Assembly: GCA_963740355.1 (NCBI GenBank)
Contig: CAVUDW010000002.1
Coordinates: 1,312,001-1,376,000 of the forward strand
From: an uncultured Gemmatimonadaceae bacterium
GTDB taxonomy: Bacteria; Gemmatimonadota; Gemmatimonadetes; Gemmatimonadales; Gemmatimonadaceae
Direction of reading: 5' to 3'
DNA length: 64,000 nucleotides
Made by a program: the position numbers and the translations under genes
The notes under the pieces: model-generated
Seen by the model: the letters and a program-made list of their open reading frames with translations, nothing else
Database searches by the model: none
What the model was told of the DNA's origin: nothing
Part shown: positions 55,181-64,000 of the stretch, piece by piece
Position numbering within the stretch: position 1 is the first letter of the stretch
How the letters are laid out: each line of letters starts with the position of its first letter

Positions 55181-56463
55181 CCACTGCAGCATCGGGCAGC
55201 AGCTCGATTCGCGTCCGCCTCTCGGCGATGATGTTCATCCAGTACTTCATCTATGGCTCGTGGCTGGTGACGCTGGGCACGTTCCTCGGGAATGCGCTGA
55301 AGGCCAGCGGTGGTGACATCGGTACGGCCTATTCACTGCCGGCCATCGCCGCGATCCTGTCGCCGTTCCTCGTCGGCATGATCGCCGACCGGTTCTTCTC
55401 GACGGAAAAGGTCCTGGCCTTCCTGCACGTGGCTGGTGCCGCGGTGCTGTACTTCGCAGCCACGCAGTCCACGTTCGCTGGCTTCTGGCCGCTGTTCCTG
55501 ATCTACGTGCTCTGCTACATGCCGACGCTGGCGCTGACCAATGCGCTGGCCTTCGACCACATGGCAGATCCCGCCACGGAATTCCCGCGCATTCGGGTGC
55601 TTGGCACGATCGGGTTCATCGCCGCTGGCTGGGCGATTGGATTCCTGCCCGACCAGTCGGTGGTGGGCGAGGCCGCGATGGTGAGTGCCGAGAAGACGGC
55701 GTTGCCGCTGCTGCTGGGCGCAGGTGCCTCGCTGCTGATGGGGCTCTTCTGCCTCACGCTGCCGCACACACCGCCGCATAACGCCGGCAAGAAGTTGTCG
55801 GTTCGCGACGTCCTTGGCCTCGATGCATTGGCCCTGATGAAGGATCGCTCCTTCGCCGTGTTCGTGCTCGGCTCGTTCCTGCTCTGCATCCCGTTGCAGT
55901 TCTACTACGCCTTCGCGAACCCGTTCCTGAATGAGATCGGCGTGCAGAACGCCGCCGCCAAGATGACCATCGGCCAGATGTCGGAGATCGGCTTCATGCT
56001 GCTGATGCCCTTCTTCTTCGCACGTCTCGGCATCAAGAAGCTGTTGCTGATCGGCATGGCCACCTGGACGATCCGCTATCTCCTGTTCGCGTACGGCAAT
56101 GCCGGCAGCGGGATGTGGATGCTGTACCTCGCCCTGCTGGTGCACGGTGTCTGCTACGACTTCTTCTTCGTGACTGGCCAGATCTACGTCGACCAGCAGG
56201 CCGACATCAGCATTCGTGCTGCGGCCCAGGGATTCATTGCGCTCGTGACGCTCGGCGCTGGGCAGCTGATTGGGTCGAAGCTGTCGGGCATGGTCGTTGA
56301 TGCGAACGTGATTGCGTCCACCACTGCCGGCGGCGTCGTGACACACGACTGGACGAAGATCTGGTTCGTGCCGGCGATCGGTGCGCTCGGTGTGTTCCTC
56401 ATCTTCGCCGCACTGTTCAAGGCGAAGGACGCTCCCGTCGGCGCCGTGCCTGCACACGCCTGA
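55177..56463 (+). CDS. NupG/XapB-like MFS permease (nucleoside:H+ symporter family)
   Basis: LSAMMFIQYFIYGSW, GMIADRFF, FPRIRVLGTIG, GQMSE, HGVCYDFFFVTGQIY. Confidence 0.88.
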   Translation: MTTAASGSSSIRVRLSAMMFIQYFIYGSWLVTLGTFLGNALKASGGDIGTAYSLPAIAAILSPFLVGMIADRFFSTEKVLAFLHVAGAAVLYFAATQSTFAGFWPLFLIYVLCYMPTLALTNALAFDHMADPATEFPRIRVLGTIGFIAAGWAIGFLPDQSVVGEAAMVSAEKTALPLLLGAGASLLMGLFCLTLPHTPPHNAGKKLSVRDVLGLDALALMKDRSFAVFVLGSFLLCIPLQFYYAFANPFLNEIGVQNAAAKMTIGQMSEIGFMLLMPFFFARLGIKKLLLIGMATWTIRYLLFAYGNAGSGMWMLYLALLVHGVCYDFFFVTGQIYVDQQADISIRAAAQGFIALVTLGAGQLIGSKLSGMVVDANVIASTTAGGVVTHDWTKIWFVPAIGALGVFLIFAALFKAKDAPVGAVPAHA

Positions 56464-56483
56464 TTGGCCCGATGTGCAATGCG

Positions 56484-56515
56484 AGGCGGCTCCGGAATTC
56501 GTTCCGGGGCCGCCT
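56484..56515. terminator. Hairpin between convergent genes
   Basis: aggcggctccggaa-ttcg-ttccggggccgcct. Confidence 0.6.
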
Positions 56516-56530
56516 TCGTGTTTCCGGCCC

Positions 56531-57289
56531 TCAGGTGCCGATGGCGTTCATTCGCTGAAGGAACTGGTCGCGATATGAGCGGCTGAGCGGCACTGTGGCA
56601 CCAGTCGTGAGCCGGATTTCGGCGTCACCACTGGGCAGCATCTTCCACTCGCGAACACGATCGAGCGTCACGATTGCAGAACGGTGCGTCCGGGCATACG
56701 CGCGTGCGGGCAGCCGTTGCTCGAGCGCGGTGAGCGTCTCGCGTACGAGGTGCTGACCGTCGGCGGTGTGAAGCGCGACGTAGTTGTCGGCCGCCTCGAA
56801 CCAGTCCACGGCGGCAAGGGACACGACCTTCACGCGCGTGCCGATGCGCACCGCAAATCGCTGCGGGGGGGCGGTGTCGGCGGCCAGCAGTGTGTTGACC
56901 AGTGTAGCGTGAGATGTCTGGTCCGGGCGACGCCGAACTCGCTCGATCGCGCTCAGCAATCGCGCATCGTCGAATGGCTTGAGGAGATAGTCCACCGCAT
57001 GTTCGGCGAACGCCTGCACCGCGTAGGCGTCGAACGCAGTCACGAAGATCACTGCTGGCGGCCGATCATCGCCGAGTGCACGCAGCACGCCGAAGCCATC
57101 CAGTTCCGGCATCTGCACGTCGAGCAGGACGAGGTCGGGCCGCGTGTCGAGCAACATGGCCACCGCGTCCACACCGTTGCCGCACTCGCCGACGATGCGG
57201 ACGTCGGCGACGCCCTTCAGTGCGGCACGGATACCGCGGCGCACCAGCGGTTCGTCATCGACGATCACCAGACGGAGTTCAGCTGTCAC
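56531..57289 (-). CDS. LytTR family response regulator
   Basis: IVDDEP, LLDVQMP, FVTA, DYLLKP; LytTR domain EAADNYV...RTHRSAIV...SRSY. Confidence 0.93.
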   Translation of the reverse strand: MTAELRLVIVDDEPLVRRGIRAALKGVADVRIVGECGNGVDAVAMLLDTRPDLVLLDVQMPELDGFGVLRALGDDRPPAVIFVTAFDAYAVQAFAEHAVDYLLKPFDDARLLSAIERVRRRPDQTSHATLVNTLLAADTAPPQRFAVRIGTRVKVVSLAAVDWFEAADNYVALHTADGQHLVRETLTALEQRLPARAYARTHRSAIVTLDRVREWKMLPSGDAEIRLTTGATVPLSRSYRDQFLQRMNAIGT

Positions 57290-58389
57290 GTTGTGCCCCC
57301 TTGCATTGGCAAGGTCACGCGCGCCAGCACGCCGCCATCCACCGTCGAGAGGTCGCAGCGCGCCGCGTCACCGTGCAGACGGGCGAGCCTTGCGCGCGTC
57401 GACGAGATGCCGACACCCAGCATGGGCGACACCGCCAGTGGTGCCCCGGTGTTCCAGACATCGAGCAGCAAGCGACCGTTTTCCCGCCGGGCCGAGATGC
57501 GGATTTCCGCCGGAGATGCCGTACGACCGACCCCGTGATGAATGGCGTTCTCCACGAGCGGTTGCAACACGAAGTTCGGCACCGGCACCGACTGCAACTC
57601 CGGAGAGATGTCGATGTGCACCGTCAGCCGATCCTCGAATCGGACCTGCTCGATGTCGAGATATCGCTGCGCAAACTCCAACTCGCGCGCCAGCGGTACC
57701 TCCGGTTCACCATCGGCGAGCAGGGTGCTGCGCAGCAGGTCGCCGAGGAGCACGATCATCTGCTGGGCGCGTGCGGGCTGCTCGACGACCAGCACACGAA
57801 TGGCGTGCAGGGTGTTGAAGAGAAAGTGCGGCTGCAGCTGCATCCGTAGTGTGCGCAATTCGGCCTGCACCAGCTGCGCTGCGAGTCTCTCCTCGCGCCG
57901 GGTGCGCTCGGCGGCGCGCTGCCGTTCGAGCAGCATCATCGACGCCGATGCAATGGCGAAGTAGATCAGGACATCGATTGCGGCGCGCGATACAAGGTAG
58001 GAACTGATCCACGCTTGCAGTGGCCGGACGTCGTCGCCTGCCTCGAACACGCGGCGGCCCAGCGCCGAGAGCACCACTGCGCGCAGGATGCTGTTACCGA
58101 TCGCAATGGGAAGGTGCCGCGACAGGAAGCGCTTCCACTCCGACCAGGCCGGTGACGTGGCCTGGATGTGCTGCCAGATCAGGACGCCGACAACGCCCCA
58201 CATCCACCACTGCGCCAAGCCAAACAGCAGGATGCGCCACGCCGCCGTGCGTTCACCACGCAGGTTGAGCATCGCCAGCGACTGCAGCGATGCCCCGAGA
58301 CTGATGGTGGTCGAGATGATCGCGGCTGCCCACAACTGACGCCTGAGCAGGACGCGCGGCGTCAGCAGGGCGGTGGAGTCGGTGGGCAT
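57286..58389 (-). CDS. LytS/YehU family sensor histidine kinase
   Basis: About 4 TM segments; QLQPHFLFNTL, LQPLVENAIHHG, GVGI. Confidence 0.92.
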   Translation of the reverse strand: MPTDSTALLTPRVLLRRQLWAAAIISTTISLGASLQSLAMLNLRGERTAAWRILLFGLAQWWMWGVVGVLIWQHIQATSPAWSEWKRFLSRHLPIAIGNSILRAVVLSALGRRVFEAGDDVRPLQAWISSYLVSRAAIDVLIYFAIASASMMLLERQRAAERTRREERLAAQLVQAELRTLRMQLQPHFLFNTLHAIRVLVVEQPARAQQMIVLLGDLLRSTLLADGEPEVPLARELEFAQRYLDIEQVRFEDRLTVHIDISPELQSVPVPNFVLQPLVENAIHHGVGRTASPAEIRISARRENGRLLLDVWNTGAPLAVSPMLGVGISSTRARLARLHGDAARCDLSTVDGGVLARVTLPMQGGTT

Positions 58390-58413
58390 GGCCGCAATCT
58401 GGGTGGTGGCCGG

Positions 58414-59148
58414 CTACTTCACGAGCGCCATGCGCATCGTGGCGCCGGTCGGAAGAACGAGGTCGCTCTTGAGCATCACGCCAGTCGCCTTGGCGAACCA
58501 GTAGCTGCCACGCGCGCCGGCGTACGACACGTCGAGCTTCCAGGCATCGGTGCCGTCGAGCGTCTCCTGCCCGACCACACGCAGGTCGCACCATACGATG
58601 CCTTTCGATTCGTAGATGTACATCGGTAGCCGCGCCGCGTAGCCGAGTGCGAGCGGCAGGGCGCCCATCACCAGCTCCTGGTTGTTGGAGTCGAAGACGG
58701 CCGCGTCGACCGTCTGGTCGATGGGCTCCGGAGCAGCCGTGCCGGCGGTGTGTGACCCCGTCACGTGACGGCCATCGAATCGCAGGGCCATCGTGGCGGT
58801 CGGCTGCTTCGAGTTGTGCCAGATTGGCGCCAGCGTCGATCGATTCGACACGGCGGTGTCGATCACCGTGCGCTGGCCCATCGTGATTTCCTGGGCGCGG
58901 ATCAGGATTGCGGACGTTCCGCTGCCGCGTTCGGAAATGCGTTCAGTGATCGTGCCGACGCGTCGTTCCTGCCCATCGCGCACGAACGAGATCGCGCGGA
59001 CGAACTGGCCGGTGGCGACACGCGCCGAGCGGATGGCGCCAGCATCGGCCGCCACGACCGGCGGCGCGAGTGACGAGTCTCGCGATGCCTGGGCGCACGC
59101 GAGGGATGGGAATGCGATCAGGATGAGGAGTGACGAAATGCGTCGCAT
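58414..59148 (-). CDS. Secreted hypothetical protein (beta-rich, possibly DUF3108-like)
   Basis: Signal peptide from ATG 59148 (MRRISSLLILIAFPSLACAQA); upstream of lytS/lytTR on the same strand. Confidence 0.6.
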   Translation of the reverse strand: MRRISSLLILIAFPSLACAQASRDSSLAPPVVAADAGAIRSARVATGQFVRAISFVRDGQERRVGTITERISERGSGTSAILIRAQEITMGQRTVIDTAVSNRSTLAPIWHNSKQPTATMALRFDGRHVTGSHTAGTAAPEPIDQTVDAAVFDSNNQELVMGALPLALGYAARLPMYIYESKGIVWCDLRVVGQETLDGTDAWKLDVSYAGARGSYWFAKATGVMLKSDLVLPTGATMRMALVK

Positions 59149-59577
59149 GATGCACCTGGTGTTGATGTCGTGTGTGCGTACCGTTGGCGAAGGAGTGATG
59201 GACGCGCTGGCGTCGACCAACTCCACGCGCGACTGCAGCATGACGACGCGGCCACCGTGGCGCAGGGGATGATGGGGTAGGACGTGGTAGCGCGTGGCGA
59301 GCCGTGGCCACCGCTTTCGTTACAGGCAGCGACTCATTACGTGCGACACCGAGTGTACGTGTGCGCGCGCAGGTGTTGTCCGCCGCCCGCAGTTTGGTAA
59401 ACTTGTGATACCTGCATCAGCCCGTGGCGTTGGTGCGAGGCCCACGACTTGGTAACCGATGCGTCGTGACGGAACGGATCACTCGATGGTCCGAGTTCGT
59501 TGCATGTGCTTCCCGTTGTGTAGTGCACGCTCCCGAGCCCTGCGCCGGCACCGCCAGAAAGATCCGAGGTTCATTGC

Positions 59578-62500
59578 ATGGGTGTGGAGATCGGGAAGGG
59601 TACGCGCACGCGTTTGCCAGCGGATCGCCCGCGGTCGGGCGTCGGCACATTGACGAAGGGACTCGGCGTCGCTTTCCCGCCGTCGGAATGGTGGGCAGCA
59701 TCCCTGCGCGCGCTCCCTGCATCCGTTTCAGCCGCCGAGGTCACGCTGGCGGTAGTGTTGGGACTCCTGGCGCGCTACACTCGCGCCGAGGTGGTGACGA
59801 TCGATGTCACGGGCCGAATGGCCAGGAGATGCGGTGCACGCTGGGTCGAGCGTGACACACACGGCCTGTTTCCGCTCAGCATCGACGTCAGCGACGAACC
59901 TTCGCTCAACGCCTTGGCGCGGCGGGTGGCGGATGCGATGGCCGCTGCTGCGCCGCCGCTGGCTGGCGGCGGCACAGGTGAGTTGCCGTGCGTGGTCGTT
60001 GACTGCGAGCCTCGCACCCATGAGGCGCACGAGGATGCGCAGACGGCGCTTGAGGTGGTGCAGCGGCGAGGGGAAATCCTCCTTGTGCTCGACGACGGGT
60101 TGCCGCGCGCCGAGATCGCGCTGCACTGCGACCGCGCGCTGTATGACCACGGCACCATCGAGCGCTTCGCACGGTACATCGAGCGCCTTCTCGATGCCAC
60201 GGTGAGGGACGTCGATCGCAGCCTGGCACGTTTCGACCTGCTCGATGCGGCCGAACGGCACCAGCTGATTCATGCGTGGAATGCGACCAGCGTGGTGCGC
60301 ACCGGGCCTCGCCAGATGCACCGGCTCATCGAGCGGCAGGCGGCAGCCACCCCGAACGCGATTGCCCTCGAATGGGCTGACGGCGCAATGACCTACCGCG
60401 AGCTCGAGGTGCGCAGCGAGGCGCTGGCCCGCGTGCTCGTGGCGCGCGGCGTCGGCCCTGATGCCCTGGTTGGAGTGCACCTCGATCGCAGCCCTGAACT
60501 CATCGTCTCGCTGGTTGCGATCCACAAGGCCGGTGGTGCCTTCCTGCCACTCGATACAGAGCTGCCACGCGAGCGCATTCGGCTCATGCTCGATGACGCG
60601 GCCTGCCCGGTGATCCTCACGCAGGAACAGCATGAGGCGCGGCTGCGCGAGTCTGTCGGTGGTACCACCACCGCGGTGTTGGTGGTGCAGTTGGAGGATG
60701 CGGTCGGCGCAACGCAGGGCGACCTGACTGGGCGCGAGGACGACACATCGGGGGCCGATCTCGCCTACGTGATGTACACCTCCGGCTCGACTGGTCGCGC
60801 CAAGGGCGTGATGATCGAGCACCGCGCACTCTGCAATCACGCGGAATGGTTCGCGCAGCAGCTTTCATTGGTGCCCGCCGACCGCGTGTTGCAGCACGCG
60901 TCCATCAGCTTCGATGCAGCGATGGCGGAGATCTTCGCACCGCTCTCTGTCGGCGCGACGGTCGTGTTGGCGCCACCGCGCCTCCATCGCGACCTCCACG
61001 CGCTGTCCGAGGCGCTGGGAGAGCTTCGGATCACCGTCACGCAACTTGTGCCCGCCGCGCTGCGCGTGGTGGTGGCAAGCCCCGCGTTTCGACAGGCGAC
61101 TGCGTTGCGGTATCTCGTCAGCGGCGGAGAGGCGCTCGACGCCTCACTCTATCGAGCCGTGCAGGCCGCACGTCCAGGACTTCGCGTGGGAAATTTCTAC
61201 GGTCCCACCGAGGCTACGGTCGACGCCACCTGTGCGCCGAACATGGCACCGGAGGAACACGAGCAATGGTTGTCGATCGGACGCCCGGTCGCCAATGCGC
61301 GCTGTTACGTGCTCGATTCGCACCACGAACTCGTGCCGGTAGGAATGCCGGGTGAGTTGCACATCGGTGGTCTCGGCCTCGCCCGCGGCTACCTCAACCT
61401 GCCTGAGCGAACTGCGGCTCGCTTCGTCGAAGATCCATTCCTGCCTGGAGAGCGAGTCTACAAGACGGGCGACCTGGTGCGATATCGACCCGATGGAAAT
61501 CTCGACTACATCGGACGCACCGACACCCAGGTCAAGCTGCGCGGCTATCGAATCGAGGTCGCGGAGATTGAAGTCGCATTGCTCGCGCATCCGCATGTCA
61601 CGCAGTCTGCGGTGATCGCACGTGAGGACACGCCGGGTGACCAGCGGCTGGTGGCCTACGTGGTGTCTGGTAATGGTGGCCCGGAGCTGACCGCAGCGAC
61701 GCTCCGCGAACACCTGCGCGCGATCCTGCCTGCGTATATGGTGCCTGCCGCATTCTGCGTGCTCGAGCGCCTCCCCTTGACCAACAACGCCAAGGTCGAT
61801 CGCAACGCGCTGCCGATCCCGAGCGTCACCAGTGAAGCGCCGCGTGATGCCATTCGACTGACCGATGCGCTCGAGCGCCGCTTGCAGTCCATCTGGGAGC
61901 GAGTGCTGAATGTCAGCCCGCTCGATCGGGATGCCGACTTCTTTGACCTTGGCGGCCACTCACTCACCGCACTGCGTGTCATTGCGGAGATCGAGCGGGA
62001 GTGCGGCACGACACTTCGGGTCACGACGCTGTTCGAGGCATCAACGATTCGTGCGCTGGCCGAGCGCATGCGGGAGACGACGGCGCGAGGCCTCTCCACT
62101 GTCGTGCCAGTGCAGCCGACTGGCGCACGGCCGCCGCTCTTCGTGGCCCCGGGTGGTGGTGGCGAGATGTTCGTCTTCAGCGCGTTGGCGTCCGCGCTCG
62201 GTGCGGAGCAGCCGTTGTACCTGCTCGACATGTATGTCATCGAGGAGCTCACCTCATCCAAGGTGCCGCTCACGCTGGGCGCGGTCGCCAAGCGCATGGT
62301 CGCCGACATTCGCCGCGTGCAGCCCAGCGGTCCGTACCAGCTGGCTGGCTATTCGCTGGGCGGTAAGATTGCGCTCGAGATCGCGCAGCAGTTGCGCGCC
62401 GCCGGCGACGTGGTCTCCCTGCTCGCGCTGCTGGACTGCAACGGGCCTGACTACCCCCGGATGCAGCCGCTCCTCACGCGGACGATGGCACACCTCCAGC

Positions 62501-62964
62501 ACGCGCTGACGCTCAAGGAGGGCGCGCCACGATACCTCGCCACCCGCTTCTCGCGGCTGTCACGGTTCGTGCAACCGTCGCTGGAGTCGGCGGTCAGCCT
62601 GTATGCGGATCAGCCGGACGCGGACCTCGTACCGGCGGCGGCGATCGCTGCGCTCGAAGCCGCGCTGCTACCGGTGCTCGACGCGTGGGAGCAGTACGTA
62701 CCGGACTTCTACCCCGATGGTGCACTCCTCGTACGGGCGCAGGTCAGGCCCGTGATGATCGGTGTCATCGATGATGATCCCTATCTTGGGTGGAGCCCGA
62801 TCATCGGCGGCGGCATCACGTTGAAGGAAATGGCGTGCAACCACTTCGAGCTGATCCGCCCTGAGTATTCAGGACAGCTTGCGGCCATCCTGCGCCCGCA
62901 CCTGGCTCTGGCTGGTGATCGCTCGCATGCAGCGGTGCCTTGCGCCATCATCGCCCCGCAGTGA
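59578..62964 (+). CDS. Single-module NRPS: partial C domain, then A, PCP and TE
   Basis: YTSGSTGRAKG, SFDAA, GGEAL, NFYGPTE, YKTGDL, QVKLRGYRIE; PCP FFDLGGHSL; TE GYSLGG. Start uncertain. Confidence 0.9.
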   Translation: MGVEIGKGTRTRLPADRPRSGVGTLTKGLGVAFPPSEWWAASLRALPASVSAAEVTLAVVLGLLARYTRAEVVTIDVTGRMARRCGARWVERDTHGLFPLSIDVSDEPSLNALARRVADAMAAAAPPLAGGGTGELPCVVVDCEPRTHEAHEDAQTALEVVQRRGEILLVLDDGLPRAEIALHCDRALYDHGTIERFARYIERLLDATVRDVDRSLARFDLLDAAERHQLIHAWNATSVVRTGPRQMHRLIERQAAATPNAIALEWADGAMTYRELEVRSEALARVLVARGVGPDALVGVHLDRSPELIVSLVAIHKAGGAFLPLDTELPRERIRLMLDDAACPVILTQEQHEARLRESVGGTTTAVLVVQLEDAVGATQGDLTGREDDTSGADLAYVMYTSGSTGRAKGVMIEHRALCNHAEWFAQQLSLVPADRVLQHASISFDAAMAEIFAPLSVGATVVLAPPRLHRDLHALSEALGELRITVTQLVPAALRVVVASPAFRQATALRYLVSGGEALDASLYRAVQAARPGLRVGNFYGPTEATVDATCAPNMAPEEHEQWLSIGRPVANARCYVLDSHHELVPVGMPGELHIGGLGLARGYLNLPERTAARFVEDPFLPGERVYKTGDLVRYRPDGNLDYIGRTDTQVKLRGYRIEVAEIEVALLAHPHVTQSAVIAREDTPGDQRLVAYVVSGNGGPELTAATLREHLRAILPAYMVPAAFCVLERLPLTNNAKVDRNALPIPSVTSEAPRDAIRLTDALERRLQSIWERVLNVSPLDRDADFFDLGGHSLTALRVIAEIERECGTTLRVTTLFEASTIRALAERMRETTARGLSTVVPVQPTGARPPLFVAPGGGGEMFVFSALASALGAEQPLYLLDMYVIEELTSSKVPLTLGAVAKRMVADIRRVQPSGPYQLAGYSLGGKIALEIAQQLRAAGDVVSLLALLDCNGPDYPRMQPLLTRTMAHLQHALTLKEGAPRYLATRFSRLSRFVQPSLESAVSLYADQPDADLVPAAAIAALEAALLPVLDAWEQYVPDFYPDGALLVRAQVRPVMIGVIDDDPYLGWSPIIGGGITLKEMACNHFELIRPEYSGQLAAILRPHLALAGDRSHAAVPCAIIAPQ

Positions 62965-63032
62965 TCCTCGCAGTCGTTCATGGTGTGCAGCAGTGCACAC
63001 GGCGCAGGTCCTGCACCGAGTCCGGAGTCCGC

Positions 63033-64000
63033 ATGTCGATCGTGTCGCGCACCCTGATGGCCGCCCTCTGCTGCAGCACGACGCTGGCAGCGCAGACACC
63101 TCGACTCACCGTGCAGCAATCCGGAACGTCGGCGCTGTTCCAGGCGGTCAGCGTCAGTGCGCGGAACCCCGACATCGTCTGGATCAGCGGACACGCCGGC
63201 ACCTGGGCGCGCTCACTCGATGGCGGCACGACCTGGCAATCTCATGTCATGCCTGGGCGCGACAGCCTGCAGTTCCGTGACCTGCACGCGATCGACGCCA
63301 ATCGCGCATGGCTGATGGCCGCGGGCAATGGCGAGAAGTCCGGCATCTTCCAGACGCGCGATGGCGGCACGAGCTGGAGCCCGGTGTTCGTCAATCGCGA
63401 TACCGCCGCCTTCTTCGACTGCATGGCCTTCTGGGACGACAGCCATGGCTTCGCCTTCAGCGATGCGGTCAATGCGCGAATCCCGATCGTGCGTACCGAC
63501 AATGGCAGTGACTGGACCCTGTCGACGCTTCCGGGGCTGGCGGGTGAAGGGGGCTTCGCGGCCAGTGGCACCTGCGCCCAGACTTCCACTGCGGGCGATG
63601 CCTGGATCGGCTCCGGCTCGGGCGAATATCCGCGGGTGCTGCACAGCCCGGATCGCGGTCGCACCTGGACGGAAGCGCGCGTGCCGCTGGTGGGTGGCAG
63701 TGGTGCCGGCGTCACGGGTGTGGCCTTTCGGGATCGCACCCACGGAATCGCGGTTGGCGGCGTGATCGCCGGAAAGGGCACCGGTCCTCGCGCGGCGCGA
63801 ACGAGTGACGGTGGCGCGACGTGGACGGTGATCCCCGATCCAGTCATCACCGGGGCGATCTACGGGGTCGCGTACGCGCCGGTAGGCGGGAAGTGGGTCG
63901 CAGTCGCGGTGGGCCCTGGCGGGGCCTCCTGGTCGGCCGACGACGGTGCTACGTGGGCCTCCCTCGACACGGCGAGCTACTGGAGCGTCGGTTTCGGGGC
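63033..64000 (+). CDS. Secreted BNR/Asp-box repeat beta-propeller protein (Ycf48-like); runs off the window edge
   Basis: Hand translation from ATG 63033 (GGAG RBS): signal peptide, then RSLDGGTTW, TRDGGTSW, SPDRGRTW, TSDGGATW, SADDGATW. Confidence 0.85.
   Translation, partial: MSIVSRTLMAALCCSTTLAAQTPRLTVQQSGTSALFQAVSVSARNPDIVWISGHAGTWARSLDGGTTWQSHVMPGRDSLQFRDLHAIDANRAWLMAAGNGEKSGIFQTRDGGTSWSPVFVNRDTAAFFDCMAFWDDSHGFAFSDAVNARIPIVRTDNGSDWTLSTLPGLAGEGGFAASGTCAQTSTAGDAWIGSGSGEYPRVLHSPDRGRTWTEARVPLVGGSGAGVTGVAFRDRTHGIAVGGVIAGKGTGPRAARTSDGGATWTVIPDPVITGAIYGVAYAPVGGKWVAVAVGPGGASWSADDGATWASLDTASYWSVGFG

Noticed and set aside
59149..59577. LytTR direct-repeat binding site or small RNA
   Set aside because: No clean repeat pair with the expected spacing and no convincing structure found by eye.
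59578..62964. Indigoidine synthetase (BpsA/IndC)
   Set aside because: No FMN-dependent oxidation domain is inserted in the A domain.

Overview
GC-rich bacterial window. The lineage is inferred as Gemmatimonadota-like from gene content (SusC/SusD, a CarboxypepD_reg+plug protein) and high GC; no marker gene confirms it. Most of the window (about 5.1-56.5 kb) is an alpha-glucan/trehalose/disaccharide utilisation region. It contains a secreted six-hairpin glycosidase, SusC/SusD, two GH13 enzymes, a GH37 trehalase, GH77 MalQ, a GH100-like hydrolase with a P-loop kinase, a mutarotase, three MFS transporters, a Na+/solute symporter and a Gfo/Idh/MocA + 2x DUF1080 (3-keto-glycoside) module. Embedded in it are three FG-GAP/ASPIC-UnbV proteins (one frameshifted), two PAP2/vanadium-haloperoxidase-fold lipoproteins and a DUF3179 protein, whose role is unexplained. 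The most unusual non-coding signal is two families of long hairpin repeats built from C(A/G)CGGAG units; each family brackets a single TonB-related gene in direct orientation. Two copies of family B carry an identical 57-bp perfect palindrome that replaced most of one inverted-repeat arm. The flanks hold a Rieske protein (partial), TetR/cupin/patatin, LytS/LytTR, a single-module NRPS and a BNR-repeat protein (partial). No rRNA, tRNA, CRISPR array, transposase or integrase was seen. All calls are from motif reading by eye; no database searches were run.
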